NCBI RefSeq assembly: GCF_006345805.1
Contig: NC_043005.1
Location: 61,318,001-61,382,000 of the forward strand
Source: Octopus sinensis
Lineage: Eukaryota
Length of the DNA stretch: 64,000 nucleotides
Direction: 5' to 3'
The notes under the pieces were generated by a model. That model did not search any database. It was given only the letters and a program-made list of their open reading frames with translations, and had not been told where the DNA came from. The stretch's first letter is position 1. The number at the start of each line of letters is the position of its first letter. Made by a program: the position numbers and the translations under genes. This document shows, one piece after another, positions 1 to 14,664 of this stretch.

Positions 1-1271
1 AGAGAGAGAGAGAGAGCTAGATAATACATGCTCGCACTTATGTGTCCGTCTGTCTGTCTATCTGTCTGTGTTTGTGTATGTGTATATATCTATGGCTGTA
101 GAAAGTACATACCAAATGACAAAGCACGTACCACAAACCTATCCGCTACAGGACGGTCGCATTATCTCATACACTGCAGAGTGCTTGGTGGTCCTTCTCA
201 AAACGAATGGTCCCCGTAAATATACTTATTTCATAGATATTCTGCAGACATTCAGTCTCTACCAAATAAGTTTTTTTTTTGTTCTAATATCTAACATTGA
301 TAAATATTTATTGGAATATATATAGCTTCATTTGTAGCAAAGGATTTTAATCTATACTTCTGTGGAGACTACCAGAATATTGGATATAATATGTAATAAA
401 CACACCTTATACAATTACTTTAATAGTTTCTAAATACTTCAGATCTGGTGTATATTAAATACTCATATGCGTTACAGGTATATTAATAATACAACCCATG
501 TGCGCTTATTTATGTGACCAAAGCTAGACTTAATTTAATATCAATGATAATACCTTCTTTGGCTTATATTTGCATGGCAGCAGCCACCAGTATTCGTCTG
601 TCTTTCAATGATTTTATTATAAGCATAGTAATAACAATAATAATGCTTCATAAATATGGCAGACTGATATTTGATATTTAAAAGCCGTAGAGTATAAACT
701 GTAAATAATATCCACTAGCAAAGGAAGACAATACATGTTGACAATATAAATGACACTCAATACCATATTAGATCCAACACACAACTCCCTTAACTCATAC
801 CCTACAGGATTAGAATTTGACAATGCATCAATACACGTACTGCTCAACTTTTAAAGTCACTGCTTAACACTATAGTACATCAAAATTCACACTACATACG
901 CGTATTATAATCAGTACCCCAGAAAATTGCAGACTCCATATAGAATACTCTCTACACGATAACCACGAGCTCATATTAATGTAAGGGAAAAAAATAACAA
1001 AAAACAACACAAACATTATACAACAAACAACCAGAATTCTATATTTCAAAAAAGCATGCTATTAATATGTGTCAGCAACATGATGCGCATCATTTTGCGT
1101 AGTAGTAACCTGAAACTGTTAGAAACATCTTAATAATAATCACAAACTGTAAGATTTCCTCAATTTTAAAAATCTGCATCGCATCAAGGAATCAATTTTA
1201 AAAAAAGGTGCTACTTTATTGTTGGGTCTACCGCTGTATCCGTAGTCTTCGCTGTAAAAATGACGTGATCA

Positions 1272-1345
1272 GGTTAGGATTAGGGTTAGGTTTTAGGACT
1301 GGGTTATAATTTAGAGTCAGAGTGTAGAATTAGATTTAGGTTTAG
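1272..1345 (+). repeat. Degenerate telomere-like (TTAGGG/TTAGG) tract
   Basis: gttaggattagggttaggttttaggactgggtt...ttagatttaggtttag; only one perfect TTAGGG. Confidence 0.45.
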
Positions 1346-1362
1346 AACTAGACTACGCGCTT

Positions 1363-1765
1363 AATTGTAAATGGTCAGGTAGGCCACATGCTAAAATTGC
1401 ACCAAATAAAGAAAAATAATGGTTATATTCAGTAAAAATATACCGAAGAAGGTTTATAAATAATAAAAGATTATCTTTTGTCTTGATTTTTGTTTCAGCC
1501 ATTAAACCGCAGCAATCCTGGGGCATTGCCTTGGAGAATATTCTAGTCGAATGAATTGACCCCCGTACTTTTTTAAGCTTGGTAACCGGTTGCCAGGTGG
1601 TGCTGAAAGATATCCTCAAAGACACACGCACGCACACACACTCATACACACACACACACATACACACACACACATACTGCTGAGACCCCTTCGGCCATGA
1701 CGACCATGGGATACCACCTAGAAAGTTACCCTTATATATATATATTATATATATATACATATATA

Positions 1766-1803
<38 letters not shown>

Positions 1804-1819
1804 ATATATATATATTATA

Positions 1820-1852
<33 letters not shown>

Positions 1853-2230
1853 CATACATAGACATATATATGCACATATATACATAATTACATATATATA
1901 TATATTGAACTAATGTGAACTAACGGCTGTATAAGACCGCACATGGCTTATAACATAATGACTATTGATGAAGAAAATATTCGTGTATTTTATTGTATAC
2001 TTTTTATAGAAATGACAAACATATTTCCTGCCGAACAGATAAGAAGCGAAAAATCCTATGAAATACAAGTTCCCTGCCGATGACGCGGTTGGACACTAGA
2101 AAACAATTTACCAAAGAGAGAGAATCAAACAAAATGGAAAAGAAAATCGGTATATTTTTACTGAATATAACCATTATTTTTCTTTATTTGGTGCAATTTT
2201 AGCATGTGGCCTACCTGACCATTTACAATT
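1363..2230. mobile_element. Segment bounded by an ~84-bp inverted repeat (MITE/fold-back-like), with a SINE fragment and (CA)/(TA)n inside
   Basis: 1363-1446 aattgtaaatggtcaggtagg...aaaaatataccga is the reverse complement of 2147-2230 tcggtatattttt...cctgaccatttacaatt. No clear TSD. Confidence 0.65.
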
Positions 2231-2639
2231 CCTGATATTATTGTTGCTTGAGAAGGTGATGTTCATTGTGGAATACCAATTTGCTGAGCCTGATGAATTA
2301 AGTTTATATATCGCTAACGGGATTTGCTCTCCTTAGATTTGGCACGTTAATGGTCTAGCCTCAAACATGATTTCGATCTTAGAATTTGTAGCATATTGAC
2401 ACGTATGGCTCTGTATTTTCAAAGATAGGAAAACCAGTAGAAACTATGGAAAGCATCTTTCAGGATGTCAATGTAATATCAAGCTAACGAAATCTCGGCA
2501 TAGTGGCTTCATTTCTAGAAATAGCAGCCCACTCTTCCCTATCTCAGAAGATTGAGCCATGAAAAATAAAGGACACATTAGTTAATGTAGTCATAGATAC
2601 ACAACGCCTAAAGAAAAAAGACAGGATATATATACAAGC

Positions 2640-3580
2640 AATATAATGGTAACAGAGTCACTGATGTTGAGGGAATATATTGGGGTGTACTGCTAAATAA
2701 CGAAAAGAAACAGATGGATATAAAAGATAAAACTGGAGACGAGAGAATCAACCTTGCAGATAACAAGGTAATATCGAAATTCAAGAAGATCTGAGAAAGA
2801 GAATTAATGGATCAGAACATCGATAATACCAATATTGTTGTTATCGGTAATATTTCTTCAGTAAACCACGTCGATCTCACCGAAACGGATGCAATGGATG
2901 AAGCGGATTAACACATCTGAAGGCTGTTAACAATGCAACAATGCAGAATACCCTGAACACTGCTGATATTATAATACGTAAGAAAGGGAGAAAAAAGATT
3001 CAGACAACTACTGAAAAGATTAAACGTATTAATATTAGGGTAAATGTATAATTGTAGACTCGTTTTCAGAAAAGTTGGTATGTTCAGTCAAGATGATAAA
3101 GTTGAAAAGAAATAGGAAATTGTTAAAACAAAATATATAGAGGAAAATATATAGAGAAAAAGCGATCACGTTAGACATACAATGTGCCAGGTATTCAAAC
3201 GGCACAAATAGAGAGAACAGCTATGGAACACAAAGCTTCACAAGGATGTAATATTATAACAAAGGTTGTTGGAAGAAAAATTTTAAAAAAAACAGAACAG
3301 TATGAACTTGATATTGCTAAGTGAACAATATTAGCAAACATATACCAAGTTGGCCCTATACAGTGAGAGAATAGGAGGAAATTTCTATTGAAATTCGTTG
3401 GAATCCGCTATTGAAGTAGATTGTATGTTTCAAAGTGATTTAGTTGTATGAGAAGGACAGAGAAAGCAGTTGAGGTTATAATACAGAAATAAAAGACAAG
3501 AATATTAGCTCATAGATTTTGCTCTTCCATATGATAAGGGAGTGAAAGGAAAACAAACAAGAGAATAATCGAAAGTCCTT
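2640..3580 (+). mobile_element. Highly decayed RLE-type (R4/Dong-like) LINE remnant
   Basis: Near 3500 it translates QEY*LIDFALPYDKGVKGKQ, resembling CLLIDMSIPCDHNISAKE of the younger copies; many stops; left boundary approximate. Confidence 0.4.
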
Positions 3581-3656
3581 GATGTGTTCGAATTATTGAG
3601 AAACTGTTTTGCGAACAGCCTGTACTAGTATGAAAATGTTATTATTAATATTATCA

Positions 3657-4060
3657 AGGCTGCGATCTGGTAGAATCGTTAAAGGCATCTCTTCCGATTC
3701 TTTACTTCCCGATTCCAAATTCTGCTGAGATCGAATTGCCTTTCAGTCTGTTGAAAGTCGCTAATATAAATAACAGCTGAACACTGGAGCCTATAAAAAC
3801 GACTGTACCCCTCTAGAAAAATTGCTGGCCTTGGGCCAAAATTTGAAACCAGTGTTATTATTGATGTGGTCAGCTGACATAATCGTTAAAGCGTGGGACA
3901 AATTGCTTAATCACGTTTTTTTAGGCTCGTTATGTTCTGAGAACAAATCTCACCGAGACAAACTTTGCCTTTCCGATAAAATACAATACGAGCCAAACTG
4001 AAGTCGATGTAATCGGCTATTCTTCCCCAATCATCAGCCTTTGTGCTTGTATTAAAAAAT
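3657..4060 (+). mobile_element. Two degenerate tandem copies of SINE family A
   Basis: ctggtagaatcgtt...caaattctgctgagatcgaattgcctttca...ggccttgggccaaaatttgaaacc, followed by a second copy; both match the better copy at 34733. Confidence 0.7.
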
Positions 4061-4236
4061 TGTAATTGTTATTATTACACACACACACACACACACAGAA
4101 ACAAATACTCACACACATCCATAGATATTATGTGTGTTCTTTATCCATGTCACCACTCGATTAATTGTTTTATATGACGTGAACATACACTTCCAACTGG
4201 TAAACCTATGAAAACAGAAAATTTAACCTGTCGATA

Positions 4237-4365
4237 TTATTATTATTATTATTTTATTGTCTTTGCAATGGTCTCTAATGCTGGAGATGTACTACAGTGT
4301 CAGCTATTCACTACCAATGAACTAAGGTAAAACCCCTTATTTTTCGAGCAGCATCCTGAGTGTTC
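4237..4365 (-). mobile_element. Probable 3' end of a non-LTR element with an (AAT)n tail
   Basis: Unique sequence ending on the minus strand in gacaataaaataataataat; abuts the L1/Tx1 fragment. Confidence 0.35.
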
Positions 4366-4381
4366 GAACCCTAGCTTGGTT

Positions 4382-5204
<823 letters not shown>

Positions 5205-5212
5205 TATTAATG

Positions 5213-5420
5213 TGGTGAGCTGGCAGAACCGTTAGCAGGCTGGGTGAAATGCTTAGAGGCATTTTTCCCGTCGCTACGTTATAAGTTCAAATACTGTCGA
5301 GGTTGACTGTTTTTCATCCTTCGGGGGCGATAAAATAAGTACCAGTTGAACATTGAGGTCGATGTAATAAAATCATCCCCACCTACCTCCCAGCTGCTCT
5401 TGTGGCAAAAATTTGAAAAA
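5213..5420 (+). mobile_element. SINE family A (tRNA-derived)
   Basis: ggtgagctggcagaaccgttag (A-box-like), gttcaaatact (B-box-like), core tttcatccttcgggggcgataaaataagtaccag, 3' aaatttgaaa plus AAT tail. Confidence 0.8.
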
Positions 5421-5464
5421 TAATAATTATCAATAATAGTAATAATAATAATAATAATAATAAC

Positions 5465-5497
<33 letters not shown>

Positions 5498-5516
5498 TAA
5501 TAATAATAATAATAAT

Positions 5517-8089
5517 ATGGCAAAAAATTCTACAGGGAAATAGGGAAGGAGAAAGTAACCGTTAAAGACCCCCCTCCCATGGAAGAAGTTCAAAACTTCT
5601 GGAAAAGGATTTGGAGTGACAAGAAGACGTACAACATAAATGCAGACTGGATTATACAAACTGAAGGATCCTACCAAAATTTACAACAACAAGCATGGGA
5701 AGACATCACAATAGCAGACCTAAGAAAGGCACTCACGAAGGCCCATAATTGGAAATCCCCCGGTAAAGATAGGGTGCTGAACTTCTGGCTCGCATCGCTC
5801 CCATGCGCACACGGTAAGCTAGTTCAGCTGCTCAATGGAGTTATGAGAGACCCAAAGAAAACACCTGAATGGTTAGCAAGTGGCATTACTTACCTACTCC
5901 CAAAGAATAACGAAACCAACCTTTCAAAAAACTATCGGCCTATAACCTGTCTATCCACCACGTATAAAATCCTAACATCTATCCTGGCGGAGAAAACATA
6001 TGCATTCATGGAGAAGAACGATATTTTCCCCATTAAACAAAAAGGGTGCCGCCGAGGCTCTTACGAATGCAAAGATCAACTGCTAATCAATCGTATGATC
6101 CTTGAGAACTGTCACAACAAGCGCTGAAATCTCAGCACCGCATGGATTGACTACAAAAAGGCCTTCGACAGTATACCGCATCCATGGATCTTGAGATCGC
6201 TGGACATCTTCAAAATTTCCCCTGTGATTTCAAACCTCCTGAAGCACAATATGTTGTTGTGGAATACGAATCTCCAATTATACCACTCTAATGGAGTACT
6301 TGCCTCAGAAAATATAAACATCAACTGTGGAATTTTTCAAGGTGACTCACTTTCACCTTTAATATTCTGCATAGCCCTAATACCTCTTACAAGTGAATTA
6401 AACAGAACAGGGTATGGGTATAAAACTGCCAATAAAAAAATAAGCCATCTATTTTATATGGATGACTTAAAACTTTATGGTAAAGACAATAATGAACTTG
6501 AAGGCCTATTGCGCACCGTGAAAGCATTCAGCGATGACATCGGGATGGAGTTTGGACTTGAGAAGTGTGCCAAGGCCACTTTCCAGAAAGGGAAAGTGAA
6601 GACCACAAATTCAGTCGTGTTAGATGTTGACACAGTCATAAGAGAGCTTGAGCAAGAACAAACATACAAATATTTAGGGATAAATGAAGGCTCTGGTATT
6701 CAGCATACAAGCATGAAAGAGAAAATCAGGAAGGAATGTTATAGGAGAGTTCGTGCAGTCTTGAAATCTGAACTGAATGCACGTAACAAGGTGTTAGCTA
6801 TAAATTCCTTAGCAGTTCCAGTTGTTACTTATAGCTACAATGTGTTGAACTGGAATATGAGTGAAGTAAAGAATATAGATAGAAAAATACGCAAGCTGCT
6901 GAGTTGTAATAGGATGCACCACCCAAGGCAGACGTAGATCGCCTTTACCTTCCCAGAGCCCAAGGAGGTCGAGGCCTGATCCAATTTGAACTAGCTTACA
7001 AAACAACCACAATTGGACTGGCCAAATATCTCGAAATATCGAATGACTGGATGCTAAAGCTCGTGGAAAATCACGAGAGACGAAAGAAGCTTCATTCTAT
7101 CATAAAGGAAAGCAAAAGATTTGCTACTGATCTCGTGCAGGATACCCAAACTGAACAACCCGAGGGAAGTACGGCAACTATTGTTGCAAAGAAGGTGAAA
7201 ATGATGGCAATGAAAAAAACGCACGGGCAATTGGCTGATAGGTGGGAGGAGAAACCTCTGCACGGCAAATATGTGACCCGCAGCAAACAAGCTGATGTTG
7301 ACCAGAAGCAAACCCATCAGTGGCTACGGAGCTCAGGGCTAAAAGCAGAGAGCGAAGGTTTCATCCTGGCTGCTCAAGATCAAAGCCTATTAATCCGGAA
7401 CTACCAGGCCAATGTGATGAAAAATGGAGCAGACCCAAAATGCCGATTCTGCAACGACATGATTGAAACAGTGGACCACCTAATCTCTGGATGTAAAGTC
7501 TTAGCACCAGTGGAGTATAAATTAAGACATGACAGAGTTGGCCAATATCTCCACTGGCTAATAAGTCGGCATTACAATATCAAAACTGCCGACAAGTGGT
7601 ATAATCACCACCCTGAGGCTGTAACTGAAGGAGAAAATGTAACCATTCTGTGGGACTTTCCAGTACATACAGACCGAACCATCAAGGCCAATAAACCATG
7701 TATTGTTGTGAAAGACCAAAACAATAAAGTTTGCTTATTGATCGACATGAGCATCCCCTGTGATCATAATATCTCAGCGAAAGAGTTTGACAAGCTCAGA
7801 AAATATAAAGACCTACTCATTGAAATTGAGAAAATGTGGCATCTCAAGGCGGTTACAATACCAGTGATCGTAGGAGCACTAGGAATGATCAAGAAGGGAA
7901 CCGAAAATTATATGAGAATGATCCCTGGCTTACCATCTATTTTAATTTAACTTTAAAAAGAAAAAAAAATGAACGAACTACTGAGTTTGGTTTAATGGCC
8001 TACCAATGTATACTATGAGTTTCTTTGCCCTAGGAGTCGGGAAGACACTCGGCAAGAAATGGAAGCAAATTTGAAAGAAGAAAAAAAAA

Positions 8090-8121
<32 letters not shown>
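5517..8121 (+). mobile_element. R4/Dong-type non-LTR retrotransposon (RT + CCHC + restriction-like endonuclease), 5'-truncated, pseudogenised; copy 1
   Basis: RT motifs KSPGKD, NYRPITCL, WIDYKKAFDS, GIFQGDSLSP, YMDD; knuckle CRFC..ETVDHLISGC; RHD; LLIDMSIP..KY. Stop at 6125, frameshift near 6925, ~100-bp deletion at 7938. (AAT)n on both sides. Confidence 0.93.
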
Positions 8122-8689
8122 TTACAGAAAGTTCGCCAAAATAACAGTGCGTTAATTGTCGTTGAATATGTGCTGAACGGCGAGGTGTTATCAGCAACAG
8201 ATATTTGAGGTGTTATTAGCAGCTAAATGTTGAGGTGTTATTCGAGTTTAAATGTTATGAAGTTAGGTGTCGTAATGCGAATATTTTTTAATAATGATTA
8301 AATGACGTTTTCTCAGAGGTTAGAAATTTCAAACAGAGAAACAGTTGTTGAAATGTAATCATAGTGTATATAAGATCTTTGTTCTTTTACTTATCCCGGC
8401 TGACGGTGTTGTGTTTCACCAGAAATAATTTTAAGTCAATTTTAATGTCGTTCAGTAGTTAGCACACTCACTTCCCCTTGATTTTTATTTAATACGACAT
8501 CAGTATATTTCATCCTTATCTTATGGAGAAAGATGTTTTATTGCTACTTTTGTGAAATATCTTTCCTCAACTTCTCCCTTTGTCTGACTGACTATACTTA
8601 GATCCTAATTAAACACAAGCAGAAACCAGTCACTACACACCATAAGGTACAGAATATGGTGTGCAAAACTTCAACCCTCGCATTCTTTT

Positions 8690-10860
8690 AAAGAAGGTTA
8701 AGAGATGGTATGACCACCGATCACTTACGGACGACTTCTGATGTCGACGAGAAACATTTCAGTAACGTTCTATTGATGAAAATTCAAATCAAGAATTATT
8801 GATAGTTTTCAAGTGTTATTCACCTGGAAGTACTTCAAGAAGAATCTTCAAGTGTGGTCATATTGGAGTCCGTCAATGAAAGAAACTGCTCGAGATTTGC
8901 ATAGTGAAGTAAATCTTTACATGTCACTGGTTTAGTTGCAGTGTATTTGTGATTTCTTTTAGTTTATGTAGAACTAGTATCACATAGATGTCCAGCTACC
9001 AGCCGAGTCTATGGGGAAAATAGCCTCAATGTCTTCTTTAGCAAAGAAATGCTGGTATTCTTTTTTCTGCTTGGTGAGTATGGTCAAATACGTTTTATGG
9101 TGGACGTGGTTGAAAGTTTCGAGGACAGACTAATTTTTGTCTCTATGATTGAGCCCTCATCAGATACTTTAACGTATTGATCCTTTCTACTGAATAAAAG
9201 TAACGATTATTATCTATAAATAGAATATGAAATACATAGCAATAATAACTACATGGTATAGCCGAAGGATAAAGAACGGTGCTTATGACTTGTAAACAAT
9301 GATTCCCAGTCCAGTGGTGGATCTGGAAACTAATATCAATGCGACGTCCGCTGAAGACAGTCAAAGGTCAGACAATGGTGTTAAGCCGTCACAGATCACT
9401 TATACTATTCCCCAACCCAACCTCCAAAAAAAAAAACAAAAAAACGAAATAACCATAGTCCGTGAAACCTTCGCACATTTTTCTTAAGACATTAATTAAT
9501 CTGAAATCATGTTCGAAAACAGCATCCGCTGTTTCCACGGTGAAATCGAAACCGATAAAACATGATTTATGTATCTTCTTCATCACTTGCTTTCGAGTAC
9601 CAACATTGAGGTGTGATATTTTTTTGTGTTGGGGTTCTGTTAAGGTATGCGTTGTGTGTTTATGTTTAAGGAACTTGGTTAAGATACTAAGGAACTTGGT
9701 TAAGTTTCGGCCAGAATTGGCCAAGGCTATGACTAACTTAATAGCACCGCCTAGAAAAGATATTTAATGGTGCTTCGTATTTTTGAGTCCAGAACATTCG
9801 TCAGTGTGGACAATTGCCTTTGATTATGTTGGAAAAGTAACAAAATTACAAATAATAAAAACACTACTGTTGTTACCAATGTTTCTGCTACTGTTTGCAT
9901 ATATCATTGTTTTCGCTATTTATTCATTTGGTAAGCCTATGATGAAATATGTTACCACTGAGATAATCTCATGTTTTTGTGTTCTCAGTGTATGAAGAAT
10001 TCATTTCATAAAACACTTTTTCTATTTTTGAACACAATTTGAACACTATAATTTGACGTTAATACAGATGCGCACCACTTTTGACTGGTTCACATTCGAA
10101 AAGTCTCGGTTTTATTTAGTTATTTATTTACAACAGCATTTCAGTTTAATTTCTCCGCACAATAGCTGCACATAAAGATTATGCCAATTTTTGAAAGAAA
10201 AATGAATTTAAAGGAATATTGAAGAAATGAAGTAATCAAATAACGTTGGTTCGGGTTGGTATAAGATCCAGGTTTCAAAAATATACAGTCGTTCAATGCC
10301 TGGGACTTCACAGATTATTACCAGTGAATTGTATTGCGAATCTCATTGAGAGGCAATTAAAGAACGGAGTATAGCATTTGAAAGGGGTTATTTTTTTCTT
10401 ATCATAGACACTAAACAGAAATGTAATAAAAAGTAGTGGGAAAAATGACAAAATGCTTACTGATGGGTAATATTTAACCCCACTTAAATGTTCAGTTAGA
10501 ACAAACTATACTGAGACAGTCACCATGAGAGCAACTCTCATATTGGCTTTTGGTGCAAAATGCACTTTTGTTTATGTCGTCAGCCATTTGTTCAGAAAAA
10601 TTTCTATGCTATTTCTATAAAGATGAAAGACAATATCGGTATTATAGTTATTATCCGTGTGCGTAAGTAGTGTAAAAAACGCTAAATTTGTATGTGCTAA
10701 ATATAAAGTCAGTAAAGTAGATATGGTACAATACTGAAGTAGCACCTCGCTTCTCTTTCTAGCAGGCCCAACCACAAAGTAGAGATTGTTATTATCGACG
10801 AAAACGTATTTGTTTTTGTTTCCATTTAGATTTCTGTTGTTTACGTTATGAGATAATATC
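8690..10860 (-). pseudogene. Decayed intronless ionotropic glutamate receptor-like (iGluR/IR) pseudogene
   Basis: Minus-strand fragments in iGluR order: FVVGP (ATD), HLNVGT..KMCEGFTD (S1), ADVAL..TTGLGIIVYK plus a hydrophobic M1-like run, FFAKEDIEAIFPIDS..W..LHKLKE (S2), ITLENYQ*FLI*IFI (M4-like). Many stops and frameshifts; SYTANLAAF not found. Confidence 0.45.
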
Positions 10861-12189
10861 ATTCATTTATCAATAAAATGAAATACTAATGATTCTCAAT
10901 TTTTACTTCACTGTTTACTGTATATTTCTTTCTTTTATGCCTGGTAATATTTTCTCTTCTCTTACAAATATTGCATTAGCATAGACAATATTATTCAAAA
11001 TATTACCGAATTTCAAAAACTATTTTAAAAATTTTAAATTCTCTCTCTGATTTTATTAGATTATATAGAATTTTTATTTGGTCATGTTATGTTTTCGTAT
11101 ATTTTCCATTAATTTAATCAGCTTAATTTAATCAAAATATATTTCCATTGTAAATAGCAACATTTTTAAATGATCTGTACTTACACAACATATACATAAC
11201 ATATACTCATATGACTATAAAACCAATATGTATATGTATATGTATGTGTGTGTCTGTTTATACATTTATGTATGTGTATATCCATGTGCTTGTATATATA
11301 TATATATGAAATTAATTCGTGTGTTTATGTATGCATTAGATAAAGTAAAAATGTTAAGATATTTTATGTAGTTACATACAGGCAGCTATTTCTTTCTACA
11401 TATACGTCTACGTTATTGGAAGGATTTATATGTAATTTATGTTATTCACTCCTATATGGAAATTATATTTGTGTTTTTCAGGACTCCCAATAAAATATAT
11501 ATAATATCGAATACATAAATATACACACACATACATATAGTCATACATATACCTCTGTGTGTGTGTGTGTGTCTCTGTGTGTGTGTCTCTGTGTGTGTGT
11601 CTCTGTGTGTGTGTGTGTGTATGTGTGTGTGTGTGTGTGTGTGTGATATAGAGAGAGAGAGGGAGTGTGTGTATATATGTGTGTGTCTATGGATGATTTA
11701 GCACGACGTTTTTCCTTCTCTTACATCCACCCGTTTGTCTGAACGTCACGTTTGTAAGAGAGTAGACGGTGGCCGAAAATCCGTCACGTTACTTAACTAT
11801 GTGCGGCTTACGCTCCATAAATCTACTTGTACTTCTACCAACAGGTTAATTGTAGTGCGTAAAAAAAATCATACACTACATATATATATATATAAATGTG
11901 TGTGTGTGTGTGTATGTATGTATATGTATACTCACACATACACAGGTAGACACGCAAAATACACTTATTAATGTATGTATGTGTGTGTGTTTTGTTTTCC
12001 AAATGAGCACTACTGTTTTCACTTCAACAAAGGATTGCCAAAACAATGTTCAACCGTATATTCAATTATCGCAAACAAACACGGAGGGTGACGGAGACAG
12101 AAGGGTTATGAGATTAATAAAACTATATAAATGCTTATGCATTCCTTGACATTAGAGTGAATCGTCTACATGTTATATATGGATGTTGT

Positions 12190-12483
12190 TGTTTGTTCCT
12201 TCTCGGGGCCATGCCTGTCTCATAAGGGCCGGTTTCCCAGTTTCATTGGGGTATAGGTTCTCTACCTGGACTTCGTCGCAGGTGGGGTGCTAGATGCAGG
12301 AGGAAAGAGGGAAAGAAAGTTGTGGCGAAAGTGTCAGCAGAAGTTCCCTGTTACTCTCTGCTGGAGCTGCGTGAAATTTAGGCGTTTCACTCATAAACAT
12401 ACACATCGCCAGGTCTCAGATTCGAACCCGCGATGACTCGATCGCGAGTCCGCTGCTCTAACCACTGGGCCATGTGCCTTCAC
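12190..12483 (-). mobile_element. tRNA-derived SINE related to family B
   Basis: Minus strand: ggcacatggcccagtggttagagcagcggac...ggttcgaatct (A/B boxes); 3' gaaactgggaaaccggcccttatgag resembles the 38392 copies. Confidence 0.8.
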
Positions 12484-12515
12484 ATATATGAATAGAAGTA
12501 TAATTGTGTCTGTGC

Positions 12516-12552
<37 letters not shown>

Positions 12553-12899
12553 ATATATACATACATGCACATTTTTATATAGATGTATGTGTGTGTGTGT
12601 GCGAGTGTACGTATGTGTACACACACACACATATATATATATGCACTATAACAGAGAAAGCTGCTTATTAATTAGGTATGCATCAATTACTAAAAGTACT
12701 AAAAGAAAGCAATTATCAAAGAGTTGAACGTCTGGAAATTTTTTTTTTGTAAATTAATGTTTTAAGAAACTTCCTATAATTTCGATTTCTCAAGTTTATT
12801 GAACTTTCTTAACTCCAATTTCTCGCAAATTTAAATATTCACTGCCTCCAATTCATCACAAATGTAAATATTCATAGTATTCAAACGCATAAATATAAG

Positions 12900-13045
12900 A
12901 CGGTCTTTCACACAATTTCCGTCTAGCAAATTGACACGCAACTCATTGGTTGCCACGGGGCTATATTAGAAGGCATTTCACGAAAGTGCTGCAGAGAGAT
13001 ACTGAATACGAAATGACGGTATTGCATAACCAGCATTGCCATTCC
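12900..13045 (-). mobile_element. SINE family C fragment (other copies near 15335, 53628, 58775)
   Basis: Recurrent tttccgtctaccaaat...gaagacac.tgcccaag.tgcca.g.agtggga.tgaac pattern with a B-box-like motif on the minus strand. Confidence 0.6.
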
Positions 13046-13069
13046 TGGAACAACAGTTAGGAGGCGTTT

Positions 13070-13925
13070 ATTTCAAATTTTGGTACAGAGCCAGCAATTT
13101 CGGAGTATGAAAAAAGTCGATTACACTGCTCAACTACTACTTATGTTATCGATTCCGATAGTATGAAAGGCAAATTCGACCTCGGTGGAATTTGAACTTT
13201 TCAAGTAAGGACGAACAAAATGCCGATAAAAATTTTGCCCGGCACGCTTACGATTCTATCTGCTCAACGCCTTGGTCTACTAAAAAAATAATGACAACTG
13301 CCTTAGTATAAAATGGATGTGTGCATAACTAAAAGAACACTTTCTAATTACAAATTCATGATAAATTGACTGACATATTAATATCAATAGATATATACAG
13401 AATACAATTGTCTGTTGCCTGCCACATACAAAATCCACCTACCTATCGAGAACCCTTTCTATATAAATAATTACCGTTAATTACATTTTTCAGTCTGACG
13501 AGACTAAATACAGACGAAATTTTTAATTCATTGTCAATAAAATTTTTGTTTGGCACAAGACCAGCAACTTAGCGGGAAAAGCTTAAAGATTTACAGCGGC
13601 CCCTAATGTCCAACTGGTACTTATTACATCGACTGCAAAAGAATGAAGGCAAAATCGACCGCGGAGAAATTTTAACTCGGACCATAAAGTGTGAGAAGAA
13701 AATGGTGCTGTGCAGAGAAACTGGAAAGCGGGCATGTGCAGCTTACGGAGTACTCTGGCACAAGGTCAGTTATTTTGGCACAAGGTCAGTTATTTTGGCA
13801 CAAGGTCAGCTGTTTTGAATGAATGGGGAAGTCTATTACACAGACATCACTGTTCGCCTGGTATTCCATACCGTAATGATGAAAGGCAAAATTTCGATGA
13901 GATTTTAACGCATTTTGTTCGGCAT
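13070..13925 (-). mobile_element. Cluster of three degenerate SINE A copies (13070-13272, 13548-13690, 13755-13925); 21-bp unit tggcacaaggtcagttatttt triplicated at 13756-13812
   Basis: Repeated gaaaggcaaa.tcgacc.cgg.ggaattt.aact core. Confidence 0.7.
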
Positions 13926-14334
13926 GCTACACGTACACACAAACATATTCATATATCCCGCAAGCACACATAGGTATAGAGTAACCCAGAATTACGGTAT
14001 TATTGTATATTTATAAGCGTCTTTGTACTCATTCTTATGCAAATGCCCTCATGAAATCTAATCTTAGTCACACATACGTAAATTAATATTTAATCAACAA
14101 TTACATGTAAGAAAGTTCTAATAGAAAGATCACCCAATGTTACATACATATGGGCATTTTGAATTATGAGCATTGTGAACTATATATAGATATAAATATT
14201 ACAAAGTTTTGATCACACGCGCGCACACACACACACACACATACATATATAATATAATTTACGTAATTGGCATTATAAACAGATAGACAGGTAGACAGAC
14301 AGACAGCTACATATAGATATATATAGAGAGAGAC

Positions 14335-14470
<136 letters not shown>

Positions 14471-14588
14471 AGATATACAGATAAATGAGTGTGATTGATA
14501 GTGTGTATGAATCTATTTAAATATCCATTTACTGAAGGTGTTTAACTGTCTTTCTATTTATCTCGATAGAATGTGTGTGTATATATAT

Positions 14589-14664
<76 letters not shown>

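Noticed and set aside
6125-6127. TGA readthrough in the LINE RT
   Set aside because: This copy has other disabling lesions, so an ordinary nonsense mutation is the simpler explanation.
13756-13812. CRISPR-like short direct repeats (also 14972-15035 and 9667-9705)
   Set aside because: Spacerless tandem duplications in eukaryotic DNA; no cas genes.
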